A stretch of 56,014 nucleotides of DNA from an uncultured Lachnospiraceae bacterium (GCA_964581025.1 CAZONA010000002.1:1-56014); one strand, 5' to 3'. Counted from the first letter of the stretch, positions 25,260 through 35,893 are shown. Program-made: numbers and translations. The notes: generated by a model from the sequence alone, not told the origin.

Positions 25260-25514
25260 TCAGATCCCGAGATAATTCTTCAGAAGCGTGGCAAGAAGCT
25301 CGTCCCGATCAAGCTTTCTGATAAGGGCGCGAGCGTTGTTGTGATTGGTGATATAGGTGGGATCCTCGGAGATGATGTAACCGACGATCTGATTGATGGG
25401 GTTGTAGCCCCTCTCGCTCAAGGCGTTGTAGATCTCCTGCAGAATTCTTCTCGTTTGCTCCTCACGCTCGTTGGGAACGCGGAACATCTGTGTTTCACAA
25501 TCTTTTCTTGGCAT
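25260..25514 (-). CDS. UPF0297 / IreB-family small protein (YrzL-like)
   Basis: '[41 protein letters not shown]' closely matches B. subtilis YrzL. The start is set at the internal ATG, which has AGGAG 8 nt upstream. Confidence 0.8.
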   Translation of the reverse strand: MPRKDCETQMFRVPNEREEQTRRILQEIYNALSERGYNPINQIVGYIISEDPTYITNHNNARALIRKLDRDELLATLLKNYLGI

Positions 25515-25682
25515 TTTTGAAGCTCCTTTGCCGCAAGGCATTATATTTCGTATATATTATATAATATTTCCGCCGATTTTTCAATAGCCTGTGTGCATTT
25601 TTTTGAAAAAATTCGCAAAGCCTGCGAAAAATGCATAAACGGAGAAAATATTCATTTTTTTGAATAAAATCTCGCAACTTTA

Positions 25683-25711
25683 TTGACTTTTCGGCATTTT
25701 TGTAATATAAT
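25683..25711 (+). promoter_or_regulatory. SigA-type promoter of the nusB operon
   Basis: TTGACT, a 17-nt spacer, then TATAAT, about 40 nt upstream of the nusB ATG. Confidence 0.55.
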
Positions 25712-25751
25712 AATATGAATAATTTTTATTGCTTGAAAAGGATTTCTGATT

Positions 25752-26168
25752 ATGACAAGAAAAGAGCAAAGAGAAGCGGCATTCGCTCTCCTGTTTGAAA
25801 GAGAATTTCGCCGTGAGGAGCAGCCCGAGGAGATATTCGCCCTCTCGGCTGAAAATCGAGACATTGACGCAGTCAAGGAAAAATATATCAAGGACACGTA
25901 TTTCGGAGTCGTCGAGAATGAGGAAAGAATAGACGCACTCATAGCGGACGCCTCAAACGGCTGGAAGATCTCCCGTATCTCCAACGCCGTGCGCTGCGCT
26001 ATGCGTATCTGCGTTTACGAAATGCTCTGCTGCGAGGATATTCCGAAGGTGGTGTCCATAAACGAGGCACTCGAGCTTGTCAAGTCCTTCGACGATCCCA
26101 AATCCCGTGCCTTCACGAACGGCGTCCTCAATAAGATAAAGGACGTTCTGGAAGCGGAAAATGTCTGA
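25752..26168 (+). CDS. nusB: Transcription antitermination factor NusB
   Basis: 138 aa. N-terminus 'RKEQREAAFALLFE' and 'AINEALELVKSF'-type helices. It heads the conserved nusB-xseAB-ispA cluster. Confidence 0.85.
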   Translation: MTRKEQREAAFALLFEREFRREEQPEEIFALSAENRDIDAVKEKYIKDTYFGVVENEERIDALIADASNGWKISRISNAVRCAMRICVYEMLCCEDIPKVVSINEALELVKSFDDPKSRAFTNGVLNKIKDVLEAENV

Positions 26169-27126
26169 AAAAACGGCGTATCTCGGAATAGATACGAGTA
26201 ATTATACTACGTCCCTTGCGTTCTGTACCGAGGACGGCGAGGTCGGAGCGAATATCAGACGTCTGCTCGATGTCGGACTCGGCGAGAGAGGACTTCGTCA
26301 GAGCGACGCCGTGTTCGCACATATAAAAAATTTCCCCACGCTCTCCCCCGAGCTTGAAAATGCCATTCGGGGATATAAAATAGGCGCAGTCGGCGTTTCC
26401 GTCTCCCCAAGAGATACGGAGGGCTCGTATATGCCGTGCTTTATGTCAGGCAAGGCGGCGGCATACGCCATCGCCGCAACGCACCACGTGCCCGTGTACG
26501 AGCTTTCTCATCAGGCAGGGCATATAATGGCGGCTCTGCATTCGTGCAACGCAGGGAATGAACTGATAGAGCACGATTTCGTCGCCTTTCACGTCTCCGG
26601 AGGCACTACCGAGGCTGTCTACGTTAAGCCGGCAGGCGTCGGATTTGATATCACCGTATCGGCAGATACTGCGGATATCAGCGCAGGTCAGGCGATCGAC
26701 CGTGCAGGCGTTATGATGGGAATGAAATTTCCGTGCGGCAAGGAAATCGAAAGATTCGCACTCACGTATCGGGGTAAGCTCGATACGCCCCGTATCTCCG
26801 CAAGGGAGGGAAGGTGTAACCTCTCCGGGCTTGAAAATATAGCGAAAAAGCTCTATTCGGAAACGAACGACGCCGCATACGTCTCAGCATACGTCTTGAA
26901 TTTCGTCGCCGAAACTCTCGCCCGTATGAGCGAGGATATACGAAAAAAATACCCCGATATACCGATCCTCTACGCAGGTGGGGTAATGAGTAATTCGATA
27001 ATAAGAAAAAGGCTCGCAAGCCTTGATAATACGTTCTTCGCATCCCCCGAGCTGTCCTCGGATAACGCCGTGGGAGTGGCACTGCTCGCACGCAGAGCGC
27101 ATGCAAGGACGGATACGGAGGAATAA
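26161..27126 (+). CDS. Kae1/TsaD-like (peptidase M22 / glycoprotease family, ASKHA fold) protein
   Basis: 'YLGIDTSNYTTSLAF' (phosphate-1 motif) and 'FHVSGGTTE'. It is divergent from canonical TsaD. Confidence 0.55.
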   Translation: MSEKTAYLGIDTSNYTTSLAFCTEDGEVGANIRRLLDVGLGERGLRQSDAVFAHIKNFPTLSPELENAIRGYKIGAVGVSVSPRDTEGSYMPCFMSGKAAAYAIAATHHVPVYELSHQAGHIMAALHSCNAGNELIEHDFVAFHVSGGTTEAVYVKPAGVGFDITVSADTADISAGQAIDRAGVMMGMKFPCGKEIERFALTYRGKLDTPRISAREGRCNLSGLENIAKKLYSETNDAAYVSAYVLNFVAETLARMSEDIRKKYPDIPILYAGGVMSNSIIRKRLASLDNTFFASPELSSDNAVGVALLARRAHARTDTEE

Positions 27127-28361
27127 TGAACGGTTCCGAAATGATACTCAGCGTTACGCAGATAAACGAATATATACGCACGCTCCTCGGGCGTGATGAC
27201 GTCCTCTCGGCGATCTGCGTTCGAGGCGAGGTCTCAAACCTCACGTATCATCGCTCGGGACATATATATTTCACCCTTAAGGACTCGGGCGGCGTCCTCC
27301 GTGCGGTAATGTTCCGCACGAGCGCACAAAGACTCAGATTTGCACTTAAGGAGGGAATGAGCGTCATAGCCTACGGACATATAACGCTCTACGCACCCTC
27401 GGGACAGTATCAAATATGCTGTGAGGATATACAGCCCGACGGCGTCGGCGCACTCTATGCGGAGTTCGAGCAAATAAAGGAACGCCTCGCCGCAAGAGGA
27501 CTCTTCGATGCGTCGAGAAAAAAGCCCATACCCAAATATCCCGAGAAAATAGGAATAATCACCTCGCCCACCGGTGCGGCGATACACGATATGATAAACG
27601 TGCTCGGCAGAAGATTTCACCCGGCAACACTCATACTTTACCCGGCACTCGTGCAGGGAGAGGGAGCGTACAGAACGCTCATATCGGGACTTCGCTATTT
27701 TAACGAAACGCATAGTGCGGACGTTATCATCATCGGTCGAGGCGGCGGCTCGATGGAGGACCTGTGGGCATTCAATAGCCCGGAGCTCGCCGAGGCAATA
27801 GCCGACTCGGAAATACCCGTCATCTCGGCAGTCGGACACGAAAGCGACTTCACTATCTGCGACTTCGTGGCGGATTTGCGTGCACCCACACCGTCCGCCG
27901 CCGCAGAGCTTGCAGTGCCCGACGGCATAAGCCTGAAAAACGACCTCGCAGCCTCGCTCTCCCGTATGCAAAGCGTGATGCTCTCACGCATCATACTTGC
28001 AAAGGAGCAGGTAAAACGGCTCGAGAGTACCCGTGTCCTCGCATCCCGTGAGGCACTGCTCGACGAGTACAGAATTAAGATAAGCACCGCCTCCGATAGA
28101 CTTGATGCGCTCGTCGGAGAAAAAATAAAAGATAGTGAGCATACCCTCGGTATTCTCACGGCACGGCTCGAATCAATAAGCCCGCTCTCCACGCTTTCTC
28201 GCGGCTACGCAATGGTCAAGGACGAGGAAGGAGAGGTCGTGAGCAGTGCCGATACACTTGAAATAGGAGAAAGGATCGAGATCACCCTCGGCGACGGAGA
28301 AGTGTCCGCCGTCGTAGAGGAGATTCGTAAGGAGGATCGCAATGCCAAAATCCGAAAATAA
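27126..28361 (+). CDS. xseA: Exodeoxyribonuclease VII large subunit
   Basis: 'LSVTQINEYIRTLL', 'VRGEVSN', 'HIYFTLKD', 'IGIITSPTGAAIHD', 'RGGGSMEDLWAFN'. Confidence 0.92.
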   Translation: MNGSEMILSVTQINEYIRTLLGRDDVLSAICVRGEVSNLTYHRSGHIYFTLKDSGGVLRAVMFRTSAQRLRFALKEGMSVIAYGHITLYAPSGQYQICCEDIQPDGVGALYAEFEQIKERLAARGLFDASRKKPIPKYPEKIGIITSPTGAAIHDMINVLGRRFHPATLILYPALVQGEGAYRTLISGLRYFNETHSADVIIIGRGGGSMEDLWAFNSPELAEAIADSEIPVISAVGHESDFTICDFVADLRAPTPSAAAELAVPDGISLKNDLAASLSRMQSVMLSRIILAKEQVKRLESTRVLASREALLDEYRIKISTASDRLDALVGEKIKDSEHTLGILTARLESISPLSTLSRGYAMVKDEEGEVVSSADTLEIGERIEITLGDGEVSAVVEEIRKEDRNAKIRK

Positions 28362-28584
28362 AAAAATGACCTTCGAGTCCGCCGCACAGCGACTTGAAGA
28401 AATAGTAGCCCTGCTTGAAAAGGGCAATTCCTCGCTCGACGAGTCCCTCGGACTCTACGAGGAGGGAGTGAGGCTCGTAAAATACTGTAACGACGCCCTC
28501 GACGGTGCGGAGAAGAGAATAAGAGCGGTCGTCGATAACGGCGACGGAACGCATACGGAAAAGGATATTTCGGAAAATGCCTGA
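28342..28584 (+). CDS. xseB: Exodeoxyribonuclease VII small subunit
   Basis: 'FESAAQRLEEIVALLEKGNSSLDESLGLYEEGVRLVKYC'. AGGAGG RBS upstream. It overlaps the xseA 3' end. Confidence 0.9.
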   Translation: MPKSENKKMTFESAAQRLEEIVALLEKGNSSLDESLGLYEEGVRLVKYCNDALDGAEKRIRAVVDNGDGTHTEKDISENA

Positions 28585-29434
28585 ATTTGAAAATATAAAA
28601 ACGCTCCTCCTCGAAAATGCCAAAACGCTCGAGGAAGCACTTGACGCATGCTTCGCCCCCGATCCGTCGGCAAACGTAAAGCTCGTCGAGGTTCAGAAAT
28701 ACGGAATCCTCGGCGGAGGAAAGCGCATCCGTGCCTTCCTCACCCTCGAGAGTGCCAGACTTCTCGGAGCGGCAAGATCCGCCGCCCTGCCGTATGCCTG
28801 CGCACTTGAAATGATACACGCCTCGTCCCTTGTCCACGACGATATGGAATGTATGGATAACGACGAGCTGCGCCGAGGCAGAGCGGCAGTGCATACCGAG
28901 TACGGAGAGGCAATGGCTCTCATCTCGGGGGATGCCATCTGTGTCAAAGCGTTCGGCACGGCGGCAACCAATCCCCATATCGATCCGGCAACCAACGCAC
29001 ACGCCGTGGCAATACTTGCCGAGAGTGCAGGCGAGTGCGGAATGCTCGCAGGACAGACGGTGGATATCTTCGCCGCCTCGACACAGCTCACGCCCGAGGA
29101 AATAATCGAGCTCCATTCCCTCAAGACCGGAAAGCTCGTCTGCGCCGCAGTCAAGCTCGGCTGCCTCGCCGCAGGAGTTCCCGAGAGCGACGAAAAATGC
29201 CTGTCCCTTGTAAAATACGCAAAAAATATAGGTCTCGCCTTTCAGATAACCGATGATATACTTGATTTTGAAAACGGCGAGCACGAGCTCAATTCCGTCC
29301 TCTCCTTTATGAGCGTGGAGGAAGCAAGAGAATATGCGAATAAACTCACCTCGGAAGCGATAGAAGCGGTAAAGAATATAGACGACGGCACGCTCTCCGA
29401 GCTTGCAAAGTACCTCCTCGTAAGAAAAAGCTGA
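28577..29434 (+). CDS. ispA: Polyprenyl (farnesyl/geranyl-geranyl) diphosphate synthase
   Basis: First DDxxD motif 'LVHDDMECMDNDELRRG' and second motif 'FQITDDILD'. Confidence 0.88.
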   Translation: MPEFENIKTLLLENAKTLEEALDACFAPDPSANVKLVEVQKYGILGGGKRIRAFLTLESARLLGAARSAALPYACALEMIHASSLVHDDMECMDNDELRRGRAAVHTEYGEAMALISGDAICVKAFGTAATNPHIDPATNAHAVAILAESAGECGMLAGQTVDIFAASTQLTPEEIIELHSLKTGKLVCAAVKLGCLAAGVPESDEKCLSLVKYAKNIGLAFQITDDILDFENGEHELNSVLSFMSVEEAREYANKLTSEAIEAVKNIDDGTLSELAKYLLVRKS

Positions 29435-29435
29435 T

Positions 29436-30224
29436 ATGAGAGCAGATCTTTACCTTTTCCGCTACGGATACGCAAGAAGCCGCCAAAATGCCAAAGCCCT
29501 CATCGAATCGGGTAAGGTCAGCGTCGACGGCAAAATTATGAATAAACCCTCCGCCGATATAGACGAAAATGCGGAGCATAGCGTCGTCATATCCGACGCA
29601 CCCAAATTCGTCAGCCGAGGCGGCGAAAAGCTCGAGCACGCACTCGATACCTTCGGAGTGTCGCCCGAGGGTAAAATATGCCTCGATATCGGAGCGTCCA
29701 CGGGCGGATTTACGGATTGCCTGCTCCGCAGAGGTGCGTCGCTCGTCTTTGCCGTCGATTCGGGGCATTCACAGCTCGCCCCCGAGCTTGTCGACGATAA
29801 AAGAGTCGTATCGATGGAAAAATATAATGCAAGATATATGAAGCCTGCGGATTTTTCCGCCACCCCCGAGCTTGCGGTGATGGACGTTTCCTTCATCTCG
29901 CAAACGCTCATACACGAAAGCGTTTTCTCGGTCCTTGCGGACGGTGGAGAACTCGTAACCCTCGTCAAGCCGCAGTTCGAATGCGGCAGAGCCGCACTTA
30001 ATTCCCACGGCATAGTTAAGGATAAGGCGGATCACCTCGCCGCACTTGAAAAAGTCGTGCAGAGTGCCTGCACTGTCGGCTTTGCCTGCGCCGGAATAAC
30101 ACGCTCCCCGATAGAGGGCGGAAGCGGAAACGTTGAATTTCTCGCCCGTCTCGTAAAGGGCGGAGAGCATAACGCCGAGAATGTGCGAGCGTGGATGCTC
30201 GAGGCGACCGGCTTGAAAAAATAA
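29436..30224 (+). CDS. tlyA: TlyA-family rRNA (cytidine-2'-O)-methyltransferase
   Basis: An S4-like N-terminus 'RADLYLFRYGYARSRQNAKALIESGKVSVDG' plus an FtsJ-type 'CLDIGASTGGFTDCLL'. Confidence 0.88.
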   Translation: MRADLYLFRYGYARSRQNAKALIESGKVSVDGKIMNKPSADIDENAEHSVVISDAPKFVSRGGEKLEHALDTFGVSPEGKICLDIGASTGGFTDCLLRRGASLVFAVDSGHSQLAPELVDDKRVVSMEKYNARYMKPADFSATPELAVMDVSFISQTLIHESVFSVLADGGELVTLVKPQFECGRAALNSHGIVKDKADHLAALEKVVQSACTVGFACAGITRSPIEGGSGNVEFLARLVKGGEHNAENVRAWMLEATGLKK

Positions 30225-30313
30225 ATTAAGAATAAAAACACAACAAGGTTTACCGTGCCCCGTGCCCGACGCAAACGGATATACCGCGCACACGGAGTGC
30301 CGAAGGAGGCTGT

Positions 30314-31189
30314 ATGAAAAAAATCGCCATAGTAACTAATTTCAATATCTCCGAAAAGGCAAGCAGTGCCATGCGAGTGGCAAATTACCTGCTCGATTTC
30401 GGCTGTAAGGTGCTCGTTTCGCAGTACAGTAAGGAAAAGGTGCTCTCGATGAAGAGCTACCGTGGGAATATATACTTTATGCCCGTGGAAAGGCTCTACG
30501 ACGAGGCGGAGCTCGTCATCGCCCTCGGCGGCGACGGTACGATACTCGACTGCGCAAAGCGAATGGCGAAACGGGGTAAGCCCATACTCGGAATAAACCT
30601 CGGACACCTCGGCTATATGGCGGAGCTTGAAGCGGATGAGCTTGCACCGCTCTCGAGAGTCATCGAGGGGGACTATACCGTGGACGAAAGAAATATGATA
30701 AGCGTCGACGTTCTCAAAACGGACGGCACGGTCAAATATTCGTCCTACGCACTCAACGACGCAGTCATATCGACGGGCTCGGTATCGAGAATAATCAACC
30801 TCGAGCTGTACGCCATGGGAAGCCTCGTAACCTCATACAGAGCGGACGGCTTGATAATCTCGACGCCCACGGGCTCTACCGCATACGCAATGAGCGCAGG
30901 CGGCTCGATAGCCGATCCGAGAGTCAGATGCACGCTCGTTACCCCGATATGCCCCCATTCGTTTATCGCACGACAGCTCATTTTCTCCGACGAGACCGAA
31001 ATACAGGTCAAGAACGTCTCGGTCAGAGAAAGATCGCTGATGCTGACGGTGGACGGTAAGGGAAGCTGCGAGCTTTTCAAGGACGAATCCGTGCGCATAT
31101 CACGCTCACCCCTCACCGTAAAGCTCGTGCGCCTGAACGACCGCTCGTTCTACGAAATTTTGAGTAAAAAAATGAAGCATAATTACTGA
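30314..31189 (+). CDS. nadK: NAD kinase
   Basis: 'VIALGGDGTILD', 'GINLGHLGYM' and 'ADGLIISTPTGSTAYAMSAGG'. Confidence 0.9.
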   Translation: MKKIAIVTNFNISEKASSAMRVANYLLDFGCKVLVSQYSKEKVLSMKSYRGNIYFMPVERLYDEAELVIALGGDGTILDCAKRMAKRGKPILGINLGHLGYMAELEADELAPLSRVIEGDYTVDERNMISVDVLKTDGTVKYSSYALNDAVISTGSVSRIINLELYAMGSLVTSYRADGLIISTPTGSTAYAMSAGGSIADPRVRCTLVTPICPHSFIARQLIFSDETEIQVKNVSVRERSLMLTVDGKGSCELFKDESVRISRSPLTVKLVRLNDRSFYEILSKKMKHNY

Positions 31190-31205
31190 TAGGAGGAGAT
31201 GCCAA

Positions 31206-31667
31206 GTGAAAAAGGACAGACAATCCAAAATAAGAGAAATAATAGAGAATAATCGGATAGATACACAGGACGAGCTTATAAAAAGACTCGGCGAGAGCGG
31301 CATTTCCGCCACTCAGGCAACGGTCTCGCGTGATATAAAGGACCTTAAGCTCACGAAGATCTCCGACGGTGCGAGCGGATATTACTACGTCCTGCCCACG
31401 TCCACCGCCTCGAGCGATATCAATAAGCTCAATGCGTCCCTGACCAATCTCATAATCTCCGTTACGAGCGCAATGAATATAATAGTCATCAAGACTCATC
31501 CCGGAATGGCGCAGGCAGTCGCCACGGGAATAGATAATATACGCTGTGCCGATATACTCGGCTGTGTCGCCGGAGACGATACGATCTTCGTCGCCACAAC
31601 GAACGAGGAGATCGCCGCATCCCTCGGCACGAGAATAAAAGCGCTTATGCTTGAGGAAATGAAATGA
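31206..31667 (+). CDS. argR: Arginine repressor
   Basis: GTG start 9 nt after AGGAGG. 'RQSKIREIIENNRIDTQDELIKRL', 'TQATVSRDIKDLKL' and 'GCVAGDDTIFV'. Confidence 0.9.
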   Translation: MKKDRQSKIREIIENNRIDTQDELIKRLGESGISATQATVSRDIKDLKLTKISDGASGYYYVLPTSTASSDINKLNASLTNLIISVTSAMNIIVIKTHPGMAQAVATGIDNIRCADILGCVAGDDTIFVATTNEEIAASLGTRIKALMLEEMK

Positions 31668-33331
31668 TAACGTCCCTGTACATCAAGAACGTCGCAGTGA
31701 TCAAGGAGCTGAATATCGAATTTACCGACGGCTTTTCGGTCCTGACGGGCGAAACGGGAGCGGGAAAATCGGTCATTATGGACTGTATAGGAATCCTTAT
31801 CGGCTCTCGTAAGCTCGGCGGAAAGCTTCGAAACGGCGAGAGGGAAGCCACCGTCCGAGGCTGCTTTGAAAATATTCCCACCGCCGCCGCAGAGCATATC
31901 GCACAGCTCGGCTTTGATGCGGAGGAGGGCGTAACGCTCCAGCGAACCTTTACCGCCGACGGCAGAAGCACAGTCCGTGTAAACGGTCAGACCGTTACGC
32001 AGGGACTCGCACGTGAAATAGGCGCACTTCTCATCACGATACACGGTCAGAACGATAATCAGCGCATAATGCAGCGTGCGGAGCAGCTCGAAATACTCGA
32101 CCTGTACGCTTCAAATTCCGAGATCAGACGGGAATACGAGGCACTTTTTGAGGAATATAAGCAAGCCGACGCATACCTCGACGGACTCCGAAAAAGAGCC
32201 CGTGAGAGCGCAAGGCTTTACGACGTTTACCGCTTTCAGCTCGGCGAGATAAAGGAAATAGATCCGAAGCCGGGCGAAGAAGAAAAGCTGCTCGAGGAGG
32301 AAAAGAGACTCCAAAGCCTCGAGCGTATACAGAAAAATTCAAAATTCGCCTACCACGTCCTGCGAGGCTCGGAAAAGAGTGCCGCAGAGCTGATATCGAG
32401 AGCGGAAACGGCAATATCCCGACTCTCCGACGTCATTCCCGAGGCGGATGAGATCTCCCAAAAGCTCATATCTCTGCGATACGAGGTCGAGGACGTCGCA
32501 GAGCGTGCACGCACGTGGGAGGATGATAACGGCGAAAGTGCCGCAAAACGCCTCGACAGAATAGGCTCACGCCTTGACGCAATAGCAAGGCTTAAGAAAA
32601 AATACGGCAGCACCACCGAGGAAATACTCGCCTTCGCCGAGGAGCTCTCAAGGCTCATCGACGAAACGGAAAATCTCGACGATCTGACGCTTGCGGCGGA
32701 AAAGAGAAGAGAGCAAGCGCACGCCGCCCTGATGTCAAAGTCGGCAGAGCTCAGCGAAGCGAGAAAGCACGCCGCATCCGAGCTGCAAACGAGGATCGCA
32801 GGCGAGCTTGAATTTCTCGAAATGCCAAAGGTGCGCTTTGTCATCAGCACAAAGCCCCTCCCCGAGCCGTCGGCAAACGGTGCGGACGAGGTGGAATTTC
32901 TCATCTCGGCAAACGCAGGTCAAGAGCCGATGCCGATGACGAAAATAGCCTCCGGCGGCGAGCTTTCGAGAATAATGCTCGCCATCAAGAGCATATTGCT
33001 CGATAAGGACGGAGCAGATGCGGTCATCTTCGACGAAATAGATACCGGCATCTCGGGCAAGACCTCCCGTAAGGTCGGAATAAAGCTGAAGCAGATATCC
33101 CATAACGTGCAGGTCATCTGCGTAACGCATTCCGCACAGATAGCGTCCCTCGCACACAACCATTATCTCATATCAAAGCACGATAAGGGCGGTGAGGTGT
33201 GCACCGAAGCACACCTGCTTCCCGATGAGGCAAGAGTCTCCGAGGTCGCCAGAATCCTCGGCGGACTCAACGTTACCGAGGCACAGCTCCGTGCGGCAAG
33301 AGATATGATAGACGAGGGCAGGGAGCTCTGA
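31664..33331 (+). CDS. recN: DNA repair protein RecN
   Basis: 'LTGETGAGKS' Walker A, a long coiled-coil middle region and the 'ASGGELSRIMLAIK' signature. Confidence 0.92.
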   Translation: MITSLYIKNVAVIKELNIEFTDGFSVLTGETGAGKSVIMDCIGILIGSRKLGGKLRNGEREATVRGCFENIPTAAAEHIAQLGFDAEEGVTLQRTFTADGRSTVRVNGQTVTQGLAREIGALLITIHGQNDNQRIMQRAEQLEILDLYASNSEIRREYEALFEEYKQADAYLDGLRKRARESARLYDVYRFQLGEIKEIDPKPGEEEKLLEEEKRLQSLERIQKNSKFAYHVLRGSEKSAAELISRAETAISRLSDVIPEADEISQKLISLRYEVEDVAERARTWEDDNGESAAKRLDRIGSRLDAIARLKKKYGSTTEEILAFAEELSRLIDETENLDDLTLAAEKRREQAHAALMSKSAELSEARKHAASELQTRIAGELEFLEMPKVRFVISTKPLPEPSANGADEVEFLISANAGQEPMPMTKIASGGELSRIMLAIKSILLDKDGADAVIFDEIDTGISGKTSRKVGIKLKQISHNVQVICVTHSAQIASLAHNHYLISKHDKGGEVCTEAHLLPDEARVSEVARILGGLNVTEAQLRAARDMIDEGREL

Positions 33332-33380
33332 TATTTAACAGTCGATAATTTACTTATATATATTTCAGAAAGGTACAGTT

Positions 33381-35093
33381 ATGCAAAATTTCAAAAGGAT
33401 CTTATCCGAACAAATAAGCCAATCAATTACCAAAAGCTTTCCCGGAGCGGAGCTTGAGCCGGAAACAGTCTTTCAGATGCTCGAGTATCCCCCCGATACC
33501 TCAATGGGAGACGTCGCATTGCCTTGCTTTAAGCTCTCACGTACCCTGCGCCGCTCACCCGTGCAGATAGCGGAGACCATCGCACAGGGCATATCCCACG
33601 GAGCGATATCCAAGGTTACCCCCGTCAACGGATATCTCAACTTTTCGATAAGCGACAAATATCTCGAGAGCGTCCTATGCGACGAGGTGCTCGCACGTGG
33701 CGAAAAATACGGCTCGTCGAACGTCGGAGAGGGAAAAACGGTCGTCCTCGACTACTCATCCCCCAATGTCGCAAAGCCCTTCCATATCGGACACCTCGGC
33801 ACGACCGTAATCGGACATTCACTTAAAAAGCTCCACGAATTTTCGGGCTATAACTGCGTCGGAATCAACTACCTCGGCGACTGGGGCACGCAGTTCGGAA
33901 AAATGATAGTCGCATATAAAAAATGGGGCGATAAGGACGCCATAATCTCGGGCGGAATAGATAAGCTCGTCGAGCTCTACGTCAAATTCCATCAGGCAGC
34001 CGAGAAAGATCCTGCACTCGACGACGAGGCAAGAGCGGAATTTCATAAGCTTGAGCTCGGCGACGAGGAGGATATCGCACTTTGGAAATGGTTCATCGAA
34101 ATAAGCCTTGCCGAGTATCAGAGAACGTATGCACAGCTCGGAATCGAATTCGATAGCTATAAGGGCGAGAGCTTCTATACCGATAAAATGCCCGCACAGG
34201 TGCAAAAGCTTCGTGATATGGGACTTCTTAAGATCGACGACGGCGCATCCATAGTCGACCTCGAGCAGTACGGAATGCCCCCCTGCCTCATACTCAAGCG
34301 AGACGGCTCAACCCTCTATCCCACACGTGATATCGCCGCAGCGGTGTACAGAAAGCAGGAGTATGACTTCGATAAGGCGATCTACGTAACGAGCGCAGGT
34401 CAGAGCCTCCACTTCGCACAGTGGTTCAAGGTCGTTGAGCTCATGGGCTACGATTGGTACGATAAGCTCGTCCACGTCCCCTACGGAACGGTCAGCATCA
34501 ACGGCGCAAAGCTCGCAACGAGAACGGGTAACGTAATTCTCCTTAAGGACCTTTTCGCTCAGGCAATAGAAAAGGTCTCCGAGATAATGGAGGAGAAGAA
34601 CCCCGACCTTGAAAATAAAGCAGAGGTCGCAGAGGCAGTCGGAGTCGGTGCGATCGTGTTCTACTACCTCTCCAGCAACAGAATAAGAGATATCAACTTT
34701 GTCCTCGAGGACGCACTCTCCTTCGACGGAAATACAGGACCTTACGTGCAGTATACCTACGCAAGAACCTGCTCGCTCCTTGAAAAAGCGCACGACGCAG
34801 CCCCCACGGGAAATATGACCTTCACGTCAAACGACGAAAGAGAGCTCGTTAAGACTCTCGCGCGCTTCCCAGAAAAGGTCGCAGAGGCACTTGAAGCATA
34901 CGAGCCGTCGGTCGTTACGAGATATATCCTTGACGTCGCAACCGCATTCAACAGATTTTATCACAATTGCCAGATCCTCTCCGTTAACGACGCAAACGTC
35001 CTCGGCACGAGAATAGCACTCACAAGGGCAACGAATTACGTGCTCGGAAACGCCTTCGGACTCATCTGCCTTAAGAAAACGGAAAAAATTTGA
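33381..35093 (+). CDS. argS: Arginine--tRNA ligase
   Basis: 'SPNVAKPFHIGHLG' (HIGH region). 570 aa. C-terminal DALR anticodon-binding-like region. Confidence 0.9.
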   Translation: MQNFKRILSEQISQSITKSFPGAELEPETVFQMLEYPPDTSMGDVALPCFKLSRTLRRSPVQIAETIAQGISHGAISKVTPVNGYLNFSISDKYLESVLCDEVLARGEKYGSSNVGEGKTVVLDYSSPNVAKPFHIGHLGTTVIGHSLKKLHEFSGYNCVGINYLGDWGTQFGKMIVAYKKWGDKDAIISGGIDKLVELYVKFHQAAEKDPALDDEARAEFHKLELGDEEDIALWKWFIEISLAEYQRTYAQLGIEFDSYKGESFYTDKMPAQVQKLRDMGLLKIDDGASIVDLEQYGMPPCLILKRDGSTLYPTRDIAAAVYRKQEYDFDKAIYVTSAGQSLHFAQWFKVVELMGYDWYDKLVHVPYGTVSINGAKLATRTGNVILLKDLFAQAIEKVSEIMEEKNPDLENKAEVAEAVGVGAIVFYYLSSNRIRDINFVLEDALSFDGNTGPYVQYTYARTCSLLEKAHDAAPTGNMTFTSNDERELVKTLARFPEKVAEALEAYEPSVVTRYILDVATAFNRFYHNCQILSVNDANVLGTRIALTRATNYVLGNAFGLICLKKTEKI

Positions 35094-35103
35094 TAATTTC
35101 GGG

Positions 35104-35132
35104 TTGACAAGACGGCACGGAAGTGATACAAT
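35104..35132 (+). promoter_or_regulatory. SigA-type promoter (extended -10) of the yebC-like gene
   Basis: TTGACA, a 17-nt spacer ending TGa, then TACAAT. Confidence 0.55.
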
Positions 35133-35161
35133 AAACGAGTTATAGGAAAGAGGTATTAAAT

Positions 35162-35893
35162 ATGTCAGGACACAGTAAATGGAATAATATCAAGCATAAG
35201 AAGGAAAAGACCGACGCCCAAAAGGCTAAGGTTTTCACGAAAATAGGTAAGGAAATAACCGTAGCCGTAAAGAGCGGCGGCGGAGATCCCACCGTAAACT
35301 CAAAGCTCCGAGACCTTATCGCCAAGGCAAAGGCAAATAACGTGCCTAACGATAATATCGAGCGTACAATTAAAAAGGCTCTCGGCGATACCAATTCGAC
35401 CTACGAGGAGATCGTCTACGAGGGCTACGGACCTGCGGGAATCGCAGTCATAGTTGAGGCGTCCACCGATAACAGAAACAGAACCGCAGGCGATGTCCGC
35501 TCCTACTTCTCGAAGTTTAAGGGTAACCTCGGTCAGACCGGCTGCGTAAGCTATCTTTTCACGGATCAGGGAGTTATCATCATACTTAAGGAGAACGTCT
35601 CGGACGAGGACGCACTTATGGAAACCGCACTCGAGGCAGGTGCTACCGACTTTTCGAGCGACGGCGATGTTTTCGAGATCTATACCGAGCCCGACGACGT
35701 CTACGCAGTCAACGACGCACTCGTCGCCGCAGGCTACGAGGTCGAGTCCTGCGAAAAGGATAAGATCGCCTCGAATTACGTTACCCTCGATAACGAGGAC
35801 GATATCAAGTATATGAGCCTCCTTCTCGAAAATCTCGAGGATCACGACGACGTAATGAACGTCTATCACAACTGGGAAAACTGCGACGATTAA
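35162..35893 (+). CDS. yebC: YebC/PmpR-family DNA-binding regulator
   Basis: 'MSGHSKWNNIKHKKEKTDAQKAKVFTKIGKEI' is the family signature N-terminus. Confidence 0.92.
   Translation: MSGHSKWNNIKHKKEKTDAQKAKVFTKIGKEITVAVKSGGGDPTVNSKLRDLIAKAKANNVPNDNIERTIKKALGDTNSTYEEIVYEGYGPAGIAVIVEASTDNRNRTAGDVRSYFSKFKGNLGQTGCVSYLFTDQGVIIILKENVSDEDALMETALEAGATDFSSDGDVFEIYTEPDDVYAVNDALVAAGYEVESCEKDKIASNYVTLDNEDDIKYMSLLLENLEDHDDVMNVYHNWENCDD

Noticed and set aside
28205-29284. Very long antisense ORFs throughout the GC-rich core. Examples: 28205-29284(-), 36053-37012(-), 37606-38403(-), 39916-40719(-), 41005-42492(-), 45835-46764(-), 50303-51706(-), 52883-54253(-), plus many 60-190-aa ones.
   Set aside because: Each lies opposite a sense-strand gene with unmistakable family motifs (xseA/xseB/ispA, cdaA, recJ, relA, trxB, pgi and others). 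Their translations are Arg/Ser/Cys-rich nonsense with no RBS. This is the expected stop-codon-poor antisense frame of GC-rich coding DNA.
33332-33380. T-box or other leader upstream of argS. More generally, riboswitches or CRISPR arrays anywhere in the window.
   Set aside because: The argS leader is only 49 nt, too short for a T-box. I saw no regularly spaced direct repeats or recognisable riboswitch cores in any intergenic region.
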